Shown: one piece after another, positions 24,601-36,539 of the stretch | How positions within the stretch are numbered: position 1 is the first letter of the stretch | How the letters are laid out: each line of letters starts with the position of its first letter | From: Takakia lepidozioides | Lineage: Eukaryota > Plantae > Bryophyta | NCBI GenBank assembly: GCA_030704615.1 | Contig: CM060732.1 | Span: 66,588,001 to 66,652,000 of the forward strand | Length of the DNA stretch: 64,000 bases | Reading direction: 5' to 3' | Made by a program: the position numbers and the translations under genes | The notes under the pieces: model-generated | What the model was told of the DNA's origin: nothing | The model's input: only the letters and a program-made list of their open reading frames with translations | Database searches by the model: none

Positions 24601-26990
24601 TTCTCTATAAGCATATTGTTTGACAGGGCTAACCAGCACTGAAAACATCAAGATTGTCACGAAGAACATGATATAGACGAGACCTTTCATTGTCAGTGAG
24701 ACTAGAGCCCATTTTGATATCAGTCAGGACCTGGTCAAGATGAGCAGATTGCGCTGGAGTGAGGGGACTGACCTTGGGTGCAGCCACAGATTGTGCCAAG
24801 AGATGCAATTGATCTATAGGATCATCAGACAGGCCAATGTCAGCAAAACTTAAAGCATGTTGCACCTCTCCTAAATCTTTCAATGGGGTGGCAGTGAGTC
24901 GTGCGAGGACCTGACCCTTGCGGATGGTGATAGGTATGCGTTCTGGGTTAGCAACAAGAAGTCTGAGCTCCCCTCGAAAGCCCTGATCTAGCACCCCAGA
25001 TGCAATCAAACAATGTTTGGAAAGCATCAAGCGTTTCCACCCCTCGACTTCAAGATAACGACCTTGTGGACAAAGAAAGGTGAGGCCAAAAGAAACAATC
25101 CTTTGGGAGGAGGCAGGTATAACAAACTCAGTGGGATTGCGAAGAAGAGTGGTGTTACCTGGGATTGGAATGGGAGGGCCACTCTTCTTACCAGGCAAAG
25201 GTAGCTGCCACTGATACAAGGTGGAAGGAGCCGTCTTGGCAAAGTTAAAGTAACGTGTCCAGTTGTATTGCTCGCCAGCCTGCCGTCTCAAGTGTTTCAA
25301 CAACAAGGGTTCGCATGTGGGAGAGATGCGCAGTGGCACAACCAGCGGGCAAGGAGACAGAGTTGAGTTGCACCTTGTGGGGGGAGGAGATGCCACTGGC
25401 AAGCCACATGATGTTTTCAACCACATCAATCTTGGCCCCTGTAGCACACATCCAATCCAAGCCTAACAGCCACTGCTCACCAATGGTAACGATACAAGTC
25501 AGTTTGACCGACTTGCAACTGACCTTAATAGGGATGGTGACCAAACCTAGGGGTCCATAACGTGTGCCATCTGCAATGGTTACCTGCAGACCTGTGGCTG
25601 GAGTGAGTTTGAGACCAAGTAGTTGAACCTCGGACAATGGAACAGCAGACATGGTACAGCATGTGTCAACAACACATGAAAACGATAGGTGTCATATGTG
25701 ACATTGAGTCATGAGAGGGTGCACTCTTTCCCTCCTAAGCTTCCTATTGGCTTCACAATGCATTAATTTGAATTCATTGGACAACATCACAGAAACAATG
25801 GAGTCATCCTTTGCAAGGTTTGTGGGATACTGACCGCTTGGCCCCTTCACAAGCGATCTGGTTCGTTTAAAGGCTATTTGCCCCTCTGTTTGCGTTTAAT
25901 TCGTTTGTGTTCTTCAATCATACCAGGGACAAGAGCGGCATAGGTGCAGAAGCGGATCCAGTGCTCAAGTGACCCACAAATGAAACAGGCCACACGTTTA
26001 CCTTGAACCTCATACCGTGGGCCAGTCTGAGTGTGGCCACGATGAGAGTCAGCAGCAGGAGGCTTTGGCAGGTGCGGCCCTCCAGGATCCTTCTGCCTTG
26101 ACAGCCTGAAGCTGAGTGTGCATTTCTTGTTGTAAGGTCTTAACCTCCTCCAGTAATGTAGGAGAGGCCTCTGTAGAGCCACCCTTAACCATGGCAACCC
26201 CATGAGAACATTCGGAAGTATGTTGATGAGCAGAATGAATAACAGGCAGACAACTTTTGCCTACTTTAGCATTCTTAAACCTCATGCGCTCATCCATCAT
26301 CTCTACCATATGCCTCTCATTGCAATAAGGATGCTTTTGTAGGTAGACTTGATCAGAGGCAGGTAATCTGGTAATGAAATAGGTTTTAAGTATGGCAGTG
26401 CGTTCAGAAGGTACCGGAATGGCCTTGACCACCGTGGTTTTCAAGTCAATGTAGTATTTCCAAATACTATCACCAGGTTGATAAGGACGATCGGGCATGG
26501 TGTAGTTGATGGGCGTGTCTACACGAAACAACTGAAGTGCCAACTGCTTGGCCATTCCCCATCGCAACTCACCCTGATCCTTGATATTAGCTTCAAAGAG
26601 GTCACGAGCCTCACCTTTGAGACAAAAATGAAAAGAATGAGTAATCATAGAAGCTGGCAGCTCATTGAATTTGACACTCATCTCAAAAAAATTGAGGAAG
26701 TTGTCAAAGTCCTCAAGATAAGGCCTTGAGCTTGGTAACTAAGGGCGAACCTACTTGCTTATCCAAAAAGAGCTGCATAAGAGCAGGACAACTAGACAAT
26801 GTAGCCATAGCATCACAAATGCCCTGAATATTGAGGTTAGGCACATTACCAGAGGCTGGAAGGACCCCTGGGGTCGGACTAGTATCATCACCTGGCAGTG
26901 GCTCCTTGGGAGACAAGGTTTCAGACATAGGATCAGGAAGAGTGTCACCATCAACTTATACATCATCAGTAAGATCCACATCATCCAACT
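21690..26990 (-). pseudogene. Gypsy gag-pol of the outer element (gag with zinc knuckle, protease, dUTPase-like, RT, RNase H, integrase), many stops and frameshifts
   Basis: CFICGSLEHWIRFC knuckle; VVDTCC protease site; [10 protein letters not shown]...YPLPRI RT, with YVDD mutated to *VDD near 24170; LQTDASD RNase H; HCSLYAGHLG...CVPC integrase zinc finger; FSPFEFLYGRKARTP. Confidence 0.93.
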
Positions 26991-27067
26991 CATCTAGTAC
27001 ATTCCATGGCTCCTTGCCAAACCGAGTAGTAACGGGCATTGTAGTCTGTCTGTTAAAAACAAAGTGG

Positions 27068-27813
27068 TTACCTTTTGCTTGAGGATCGTGCAGGCCGCAA
27101 TTTGGACTCCCAGTCCTTGATGCAATAGCCACTTATGAATCTGTGTTTGTGAAGCATGTAAACACATTCACCCAGAAAGTGCCACAGTTCTTCGTCCACT
27201 TTGAGCCAGAAAGCCACTCGAACAATGGAGCGGATAAGCTTCTCCTTGGCAAGCAGTGTTTGCACCGGATAATCACTAACAGGAAATCCAGGCAAGTAGT
27301 AACCCAATCTTTCCTGTCTAAACACAATAGCATTGGAAAATCAAAATATCACGCACAGTATGAGGAAAGCGAGAGACGGGAATGCCTGCAACATGGTCAT
27401 CCCAAGTTATGTCCACATTGTAGTCAGGTTTCCAGGTAGGCCTCAGGTTAGCCAAGACAAGAGAACTGCCACCTTTCACCAGCTCCCATAGACGATGCGC
27501 ACTGGGTAAATGGGGCGGAAGGAAGTTCTCGCACTCGCCAGAAACCTCCCCAACTACTATGAACTGCGGAACACCAACTTCAGCCCACGAGAGCCGCCAA
27601 CCCTTCAAGAGCTTGTCTTTGGCCTCAGTTAATGGAAGCTTGCGTGCTATCTCCGCAGCAAAAAAACGTTGCAGGGCCTTGGCCGCTCTGGCCCCTTCAA
27701 ACGTTTGGATGCACTTTCGCCTCTGAACGCTTCTTCTTGCGAAGTGTGGGTGGGCTTCAGACCCTCCAACGCAGCGGTCAACTCAAACTGAGCCACCTAG
27801 TGATCAGAAGGCG
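27068..27813 (-). pseudogene. Extra ORF upstream of gag in the outer element (3' part; 5' part at 39233-39420), unknown function
   Basis: Coding-like frames 27068-27325 and ~27318-27783. The ATG-initiated ORF 39420-39233 (MASSSNPSTDAE...LVLDTP) is cut exactly at the nested insertion site. Confidence 0.55.
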
Positions 27814-28421
27814 TGTTGTGCGCATACATATCGCTACACAACTACATCGCTGTCCAAAACCACACAACATATGTGCACACCACACACTAGTATACCACTA
27901 GTCCAACCACTAGGCTGCCACTATGTTGCCCACTATGGCAGTCACTAGTCCACACAATGATAAAGAAGAAGAATATAAGCACGAGCTCACAAATCTGAAG
28001 CATAAACTCATGCATATATAACCTCATCACTCAAATACAAGTCAAGCCAAGTGCACCCCACGCCATGGGGAATCCACACTACGGCGCCATAGCTAGGCGC
28101 GGTGAGGCTCAACTCGAGAAAGATGAGCCTCCCGCGCTTGCCATGAAGATAACCACTCCAGGGCCTAAATCTGCCTTGACCCCTGGATTGACACTTGGGC
28201 CAATCCCAAATGTCAATATGTAAAAGCTAGCTATTTCCTAGCTAGTTTCACACTAGTGATAAAATAACTTGACAGCTGTCGTGCGCATACATATCGCTAC
28301 ACAACTACATCGCTGTCCAAAACCACACAACATATGTGCACACCACACACTAGTAGACCACTAGTCCAACCACTAGGCTGCCACTATGTTGCCCACTATG
28401 GCAGTCACTAGTCCACACAAT
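27814..28421 (-). repeat. 3' terminal repeat block of the inner element (Y-X-GC-Y; Y=145 bp, X=316 bp)
   Basis: The two Y copies are near-identical; X is near-identical to 38917-39232. Junction palindrome GACAGCTGTC at 28271-28280. Purine-rich AGGGGGGCG (minus strand, 28422-28430) abuts the inner Y. Confidence 0.92.
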
Positions 28422-28689
28422 CGCCCCCCTAGCTGGTGCTTAGGTCCTTCTAAGTCCAGGTAGCCACAAGATGTGATAGTGACCATAGCCTCATTAAGTC
28501 CTCCACCACTATCCCTACTACACTCAAACTCGATAGATCAAGAGATCGGGTACAAGAGTTGTCCCATCGTTAGTCGCCGTCTTGCAACCTGTGAACTTGA
28601 GCTTGGGATCTCATGTATTGACTCCTATGAGTTTGGCCTCCCATGTCTTGTTAGCTACCTCCAGTCATGTCCACTGCCACTATCCCAAG

Positions 28690-29117
28690 CAGTATGGACA
28701 ATCAATCTCCGTCAGGAACCTTCTCAAGAGGTGGTGTCAAGCATCCCATATGCCAACCCCTTGAGCATCGATCACACACCAGCATGGTGGCTGCCCCTTT
28801 GGCAGACCCACAGAGCATGCACCTCAAACCTGCAGGTACCACTGCCAAGTTTGGGTCAACTCTGCCATCGACATTAGGAAGGTGACATGGCGCACAATTA
28901 CGCACATGGTCCTTCCAAGTCATGTCATCCCGACCCTCCAAGATCGGGACCCCTGAGGGCAACACCTCTCGAACCCTCAGAATAACACGCCCTGCAGTAA
29001 CATCCAGAGTCGTAGGAGCAGTCTGCTGCAAATAAACATAGTCACCAGGGTAAACCTCCGAACCCCAGGACGATATCCTCCACCACGTATAGTGGCATAC
29101 CTCAACGTATCACGGTG
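28690..29117 (-). pseudogene. Integrase C-terminal remnant ending in a PHD finger
   Basis: HRDTLRYATIRGGGYRP...CMLCGSAKGAATMLVCDRCSRGWHMGCLTPPLEKVPDGD* (PHD C4HC3 pattern, terminal W mutated to stop), located just upstream of the PPT-like tract. Integrase assignment rests on position. Confidence 0.8.
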
Positions 29118-30013
29118 CCTGTGGCCTTTGGGGTTGTGATGGGCTGTGACATGTGGCCTGTGGGGCTGTGATAGGCTGTGGCCTTTGGGGCTGTGACCCT
29201 GTGACCTTTGTAGGGCTGTGACAGGCTGTGGCCTGTGTGGGGCTGTGACGGCTGTGACCAATGAGCTGTGTGGGCCTGTGCTGGTCTGTGGTGGCCCGTG
29301 TTGACCTATGGACGGCCTGTGCTGACTCGTGGAGGCACTGGTGGACTGCCTAAGGACTGGTATGTGGTCTTGAAGGCCGAATTTTGAAGCTCGTGGAGGG
29401 CAATTTGAGGAGTATCTTCATGATATTCCCATGGTCATGCAAGTGAGGGAAGAGAGGAGAGGAAGAGTGTTGGGATGAGGGCATGCTAGGGTTAGGCATT
29501 GCTTTAGCTTCTCTTCCTCGTAGTTTCCACCCTCTCATTAGGCCAAGACCTTTCCGTAGGTGGAGGCAAGAGTCAGTACGGGTTTGGGCTGGGGTGTCCT
29601 TGCAGGAGCAACACCGTGGAGTTGTTTTTGGTGTGGGGGAGTTGTCGTTCTGATTTCTTGTGTTTGGATCCCCTCCATACCTGCATGCTTGACTGTGCGC
29701 CATGCTAGTTTTGTGTGGGCGCTTGTTTTTATAGGTGATTGGTCCGGATTTGATCACCGGCCAGTCCTAGAGCATGCTGTCGATGGTGAGGCTGGGGTGA
29801 TGACCAGCCAGACCATCATTGTTTCTCCTGTGGTGAGGTTGGAGGTGATGACCAGCCAACCATAGGAGTGCTTGGGGTGGATGCAAGTACAGGTGTAGGC
29901 TATGTTAGGAACTTAGTATTCCAAACCATAAGCCGCAACAGGTTCTTTACCTGGTTACCTTGTGGAGAGGGGGTTAGGGACATGTTCATGACCGGCTGAG
30001 TGTCAACACGGAA

Positions 30014-33000
30014 GTGCCACTAGTTGCTGGGGACAATGCCGGTTCGAGCACTAGTGATACTAGTGGGTACACGAGACCAGGTGTGCGGTTTAGGCCACCT
30101 TCACCTCCTGTGTCTTCTACGGAAGGTTCTGATTCGGATTGTGAATCAGGAGGACTCATACCGGCGGTGCAAGTTGTTTCTTTGCCATTGTTGTGGGACA
30201 CAATGGAGGAGATGTATGGAGCTACCAAGGGGCCACGAAGGTACTCTGGGGCGGTGGGCACCATCGAGTTGGATGATTTTATCCAAGAGTTTGATAGTTG
30301 GTGTGATTTGCAGCAAATGCGCAATCCACAACTATTTACGCCTTTCATGGCATGGAAGGGACTATTTCAGCACCTTGAGGGGCCGCCTATAGATGATTAC
30401 CATGAGTTCAGGCGGGGGCATGAGGTTGAGATCGAGGAGTGGAGGATGTACTGGTCACCCGACTATGTCTCCATCACTAGGGGCACTAGAGCCACGAGGG
30501 CAGTGGCTACACCTGCCGCTGTACCGGCAGCTTCAGCAAGTAGCAGTGGGACTAGTGGGACTGGTGGTATAGTAGCTACGACGTCCACCCAAGCCACTAC
30601 CGCACCAGCACTAGTACCCGTGCCTCCTTTCAACCCTGTTGTGGAGTTCTTCGAAGAGTTGAGAGAGAACTACCAAGGGGTGAGGACAGAGAAGTTGCGA
30701 AGCTTGCAAGAGTTCCAACGGAAGCCGACCGAGAGCTTGAGGGAGGCTTTCACTCGCATGAGGCGCTTGATAAATGTAACCCAAGGGGTTACGGAAGCTC
30801 AGGCAGTCCAATTCTAGTATGGGATATTGAACAAGGAGCTGAGGAGAAGGGTGCGGGATGCAACTCTCCTACAAACGGCCCAACCCACCTTAGCAAATGT
30901 GTTTTTGCTGGCAGAGCAGATAGAGCTCAACATGGTGGAGGAACGAGTGGTCATGGTGGGATTTGCTAAGGAGACACCATGGGGTAGTGGTGCTCCTAGC
31001 CAACCACTACCTCAACGTGCTCAAGGCAACAAGGGGGCTCAGGTGAAGCTCAGGGAAGGGCAGAGAGGACCTCAGATGCAGGGGTCTCTCCCTTCATTTG
31101 CTGGCCAACAACGGGCGGATGTGGTGTGCTGGACATGTAGAGGACCCCATATCAAGAAGGATTGCCCAGAGGGAGGCAAAGGGCCAGCACATGCACAGCC
31201 TGCACAATTGCAGTGTGGGCATTGTGGCAAGCACGGGCATGGAGAGGCCCAGTGTTATGGTTTGCATCCTGAGTTGCGCCCAGGCCACTTCCAAGGGAAC
31301 AATGGTGGTCGGGGGCGAGGTGGAGCAGCCCAGAGAGGACGAGGTGGCCAGCCACGAGGTGTAGGCCAAGGGCAAGCTCAACATGGCCAAGGACGCGGAG
31401 GTCAGGGTGTTGACTAAGGCATGGCCAACCGGCTTCAGCAGCTAGAGCAGAGGCTCGCTGCCATGGCTACAGCTCAGGTGATACCGGCTCTAAGGCCGGA
31501 TGGTCCACCTCCTGCTCCTGAGGGAGGAGATATGGGAGGCATGAGATCTTGTGGAGCAGCACTACCACTAGTGCAGGTGGAGTCTGCTGCAGCCATGACT
31601 CGAGGAGCAGCACGAGTTCCTGAGCCACGAGGTGCAGAGGTGGAGTTGGATCCACAGCGTGAGGAGACAAGCCGTCAGGCTAGGCTTCCTCAGTCGTTCA
31701 CATTGGCGGAGACAGTGTCGACGCCATCCATGGCACCTAGTTCTCGCCCGACTATTACCGAGGCGGAGGTTACTATGCCATTGGGGAGAGCTACACGGGT
31801 AGCACCACTACCTAGTATTGCCAAGGCTACGGCAGCTAGTGTGCTACTAGGAGCGGCCACATCTGTGTGCCAGGCTCCATTGTTCTCGGCTACCATGATT
31901 GCGACGCTGGGGGTAAGAGCAGCTGAGGTGTTCAGGCTGGCAGCTACACTCTGTGAGAGTGGGGAGGTTACTTCATCTTCTGCGGAGATAGTGGGAGGTG
32001 GAGTGTCGGAGGGATCCTTGGATTTAAGGGTCAAGACTGCCACGGCGGCGCCATGGCAAGCTGCAGTTGTCAGGTTGATGGAGCTGCCAGCTAGGCCAGC
32101 CATTGAGCGCGCCATGGTGACACCTGGAGTTGTCATGTTAGACAACCAGGATGGCATTTTCTGTTTGAGTGGACTGGCAGGCAAGAGGTACCGGCCACTG
32201 CGGGTCTTGTTGGACTCGGGAGCTCAGCCATTGATGTTGGGCAGAGCTGCTATTGCAGGCTTGGGCCTCACGGAGGCGGATATGGAGCCTTGTCCTTTCC
32301 AGATACAGACGTCTCTGGGAGGATTGGAGCAGGCTCGGGGCATGACACGGCGTGAGTTGGCTATCAGACTACGGCCGGATCACCCTACAGATGGCTCAGT
32401 GATGCGAGCCAAGGCCATTGTGACAGACGCGGTGTCGTACGATGTCCTGGTTGGTGGGGCAGTATTGTACCCCATGGGCTTCACCCTGGATTTTTGGGAG
32501 GAGTCAGCTTCCTATAGGCCTTGATGGCAGTCAGGGGAGGGCCGGCATGTGCAGCTCCCTGTGACGTTTATAGGAGGAGTTGTGGTTGCCAAGCGAGGCA
32601 AGATGCCGACATTAGCAGCATTCACAGCTGCAGTGAGTTGGCCTAGAGAGTTGCTTGAGGGCAACGCTCATTTAGAGGATGTGCCACCTCCGCGAGAGCA
32701 GGATGACATGTATAATATGGCGAAGTTGCCTACCATGGTTGCTCAGACTCCATTGTGGGGCACGAACAAGGATTTGCAGCGGGATGCTGATCGACGGGTG
32801 CAACAAGCCTGGGTGGAGGCTTTTGTACCGTCAGGAGAAGAGGAGAGTACGGGGATTGCACCAGGACCACCTCAGTTGTCTCCATTGGACACCACACCTA
32901 TTGTGTGGTAGTATCCGGATGAAGGCATTTGTCTTCTGGACTTGTTTGGCGGGATCACCACCGGATTGGCTGCTCTGTTACAGGCAAGTGTACGAGTTCG

Positions 33001-33091
33001 GCGTTACCTGTATGTGGAGAGGGATGAGACTGCACGGCGCATTTCACTTCGCCATCTTGCTCAGTTGGTGCAGCGGTACCCTGAGTTGTTG
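30014..33091 (+). pseudogene. Inverted copy of gag - zinc knuckles - aspartic protease - start of C5 DNA methyltransferase
   Basis: One frame interrupted by single stops ending at 30817, 31417, 32524 and 32911. Motifs: FQRKPTESLREAFTRM (gag), CWTCRGPHIKKDC, CGHCGKHGHGEAQC, LLDSGA protease, then LLDLFGGITTGLAALLQASVRVRRYLYVERD (DNMT motif I-II). Confidence 0.85.
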
Positions 33092-35875
33092 TCCCCGCAC
33101 TCTGCACATCTCCTGATGGTACAAAAACCTCCACCCAGGCTTGTTGCATCTGTCGATCAGTAGCTTGCTGCAAATCCTTGCTCGTACCCCACAATGAAGT
33201 GTGAGCAACCATGGCAGGCAACTCCGCCGTACCATACATATCATCTTGCTTTGCTGGAGGTGGCACATCCCCTGCATAGACATTGCCCTCCAGCAACTCT
33301 CCAGGCTAGGTCACTGCAGCTGTGAATGCTGCCAGTGTCGGCATTTTGCCTTGCTGGGCAACCGCAACTCCTCCTATGAACGTCACAGGGAGCTGCACAT
33401 GCCGGCCCTCCCCTGACTGCCATCAAGGCCTATAGGAAGCTGACTCCTCCCAAAAATCCAAGGTGAAGCCCATGGGGTACAACACTGCCCCACCAACCAG
33501 GACATCGTACGACACCGCGTCTGTCACAATGGCCTTGGCTCGCATCACTGAGCCATCTGTAGGGTGATCCGGCCGTAGTCTGATAGCCAACTCACGCCGT
33601 GTCATGCCCCGAGCCTGCTCCAATCCTCCCAGAGACGTCTGTATCTGGAAAGGACAAGGCTCCATATCCGCCTCCGTGAGGCCCAAGCCTGCAATAGTAG
33701 CTCTGCCCAACATCAATGGCTGAGCTCCCGAGTCCAACAAGACCCGCAGTGGCCGGTACCTCTTGCCTGCCGGTCCACTCAAACAGAAAATGCCATCCTG
33801 GATGTCTAACATGACAACTCCAGGTGTCACCATGGCGCGCTCAATGGCTGGCCTAGCTGACAGCTCCATCAACCTGGCAGCTGCAGCTTGCCATGGCGCC
33901 GCCGTGGCAGTCTTGACCCTCAAATCCGAGGATCGTTCCGGCACTACACCTCCCACTATCTCCGCAGAAGATGAAGTAACCTCCCCACTCTCACAGAGTG
34001 TAGCTGCCAGCCTGAACACCTCAGCTGGTCTTACCCCCGGCGTCGCAATCATGGTAGCCGAGAACATCAAAATCTAGTGTGCCGTGAAACAAAGCATAGT
34101 GTTGGAGATGACACTTGGTAAATATGGCATAGTAACCTCCGCCTCGGTAACAGTCGGGCGAGAACTAGGTGCCATGGATGGCGTCGACACTGTCTCCGCC
34201 AATAAGAATGGCTAAGGAAGCCTAGCTTGACGGCTTGCCTCCCCACGCTGTGGATCTAACTCCACCTCTGCACCTCGTGGCTCAGGAACTCGTGCTGCTC
34301 CTCGAGTCATGGCTGCAGCAGACTCCACCTGCACTAGTGGTAGTGCTGCTCCACACATGAATCCCATGCCTCCCATATCTCCTCCCTCACGAGCAGGAGG
34401 TGGACCATCCGACCTTAGAGCCGGTACCACCTGAGCTGTAGCCATGGCAGCGAGCCTCTGCTCTAGCTGCTGAAGCCGGTTGGCCATACCTTGGTCAACA
34501 CCCTGACCTCCGCGTCCTTGGCCATGTTGAGCTTGCCCTTGGCCTGCACCTCGTGGCTGGCCACCTCGTCCTCTCTGGGCTGCTCCACCTCGCCCCCGAC
34601 CACCATTGTTCCCTTGGAAGTGGCCTGGGCGCAACTCAGGATGCAAACCATAACACTGGGCCTCTCCATGCCCGTGTTTGCCACAATGCCCACACTGCAA
34701 TTATGCAGGCTGTGCATGTGCTGGCCCTTTGCCTCCCTCTGGGCAATCCTTCTTGACATGGGGTCCTCTACATGTCCAGCACACCACATCCGCCCGTTGT
34801 TGGCCAGCAAATGAAGGGAGAGACCCCTGCATCTGAGGTCCTCTCTGCCCTTCCCTGCCCCCTTATTGCCTTGAGAACGTTTAGGTAGTGGTTGGCTAGG
34901 AGCGCCACTACCCCGTGGTGTCTCCTTAGCAAATCCCACCATGACCACTCGTTCCTCCACCATGTTGAGCTCTATCCGTTCTGCCAGCAAAAACACATTT
35001 GCTAAGGTGGGTTGCTTGTAGGAGAGTTGCATCCCGCACCCTTCTCCTCAGCTCCTTGATCCCATACCAGAATTGGACTGCCTGAGCTTCCGTAACCCCT
35101 TGGGTTACATTTATCAAGCGCCTCATGCGAGTGAAAGCCTCCCTCAAGCTCTCGGTCGGCTTCCGTTGGAACTCTTACAAGCTCCACAGCTTCTCTGTCC
35201 TCACCCCTTGGTAGTTCCCTCTCAACTCTTCGAAGAACTCCACAACAGGGTTGAAAGCAGACACGGGTACTAGTGTTGGTGCGGTAGTGGCTTGGGTGGA
35301 CGTTGTAGCTACTGTACTACCGGTCCCACTAGTCCCACTGCTACTTGCTGAAGCTGCCGGTGCAGCGGCAGGTGTAGCCACTGCCCTCGTGGCTCTAGTG
35401 CCCCTAGTGATGGAGACATAGTCGGGTGACCAGTACATCCTCCACTCCTCGATCTCAACCTCATGCCCCCGCCTGAACTCATAGGCGGCCCCTCAAGGTG
35501 CTGAAACAGCCCCTTCCATGCCATGAAAGGCGTAAATAGTTGTGGATTGCGCATTTGCTGCAAATTACACCAACTATCAAACTCTTGGATAAAATCATCC
35601 AACTCGATGGTGCCCACCGCCCCAGAGTACCTTCGTGGCCCCTTGGTAGCTCCATACATCTCCACCATTATGTCCCACAACAATGGTAAAGAAACAACTT
35701 GCACCGCCGGTATGAGTCCTCCTGATTCACAATCCGAATCAGAACCTTCCGTAGAAGACATAGGAGGTGAAGGTGGCCTAAACTGCACACCTCGTCTCGT
35801 GTACCCACTAGTATCGCTAGTGCTTGAATCGGCACTGTCCCCAGCAACTAGTGGCACCTCCGAGGTGACACTCAA
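33092..35875 (-). pseudogene. gag - zinc knuckles - protease of the inner element in native orientation, frameshifted
   Basis: Reverse-complement homologue of 30014-32855 with several indels and a filler substitution at ~34066-34125. Confidence 0.85.
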
Positions 35876-36539
35876 CCGGTCATGAACATGTCCCTAACCC
35901 CCTCTCCACAAGGTCACCGGGTAGAGAACCTGTTGTGGCTTATGGTTTGGAATACTAAGTTCATAATATAGCCTACACCTGTATCTGCATCCACCGCAAG
36001 CACTCCTATGGTTGGCTGGTCATCACCTCCAACCTCACCACAGGAGAAACAATGATGGTCTGGCTGGTCATCACCCCAGCCTCACCATCGACAGCATGCT
36101 CTAGGACTGGCCGGTGATCAAATCCGGACCAATCACCTATAAAAACAAGCGCCCACACAAAACTAGCATGGCGCATAGTCAAGCATGCATATATGGAGGG
36201 GATCCAAACACAAGAAATCAGAACGACAACTCCCCCACACCAAAAATAACTCCACGGTGTTGCTTCTGCAAGGACACCCCAGCCCAAACCCGTACTGACT
36301 CTTGCCTCCACCTACAGAAAGGTCTTGGCCTAATGAGAGGGTGGAAACTACGAGGAAAAGAAGCTAAAGCAATGCCTAACCCCAGCATGCCCTCATCCCA
36401 ACACTCTTCCTCTCCTCTCTTTCCTCACTTGCATGACTTTGGGAATATCATGAAGATACTCCTCAAACCGCCCTCCACGAGCTTCAAAATTCGGCCTTCA
36501 AGACCACATGCCAGTCCTTAGGCAGTCCACCAGTGCCTC

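Noticed and set aside
29560-29865. Hydrophobic 101-aa ORF conserved at 36006-36311
   Set aside because: Conservation is explained by the inverted repeat; GTG start and no recognisable domain.
32522-32524. Programmed stop-codon readthrough between protease and DNMT (TGA shared by both arms)
   Set aside because: The arms are almost identical in this segment, so the shared stop is better explained by common origin or conversion; the context is not a known readthrough motif.
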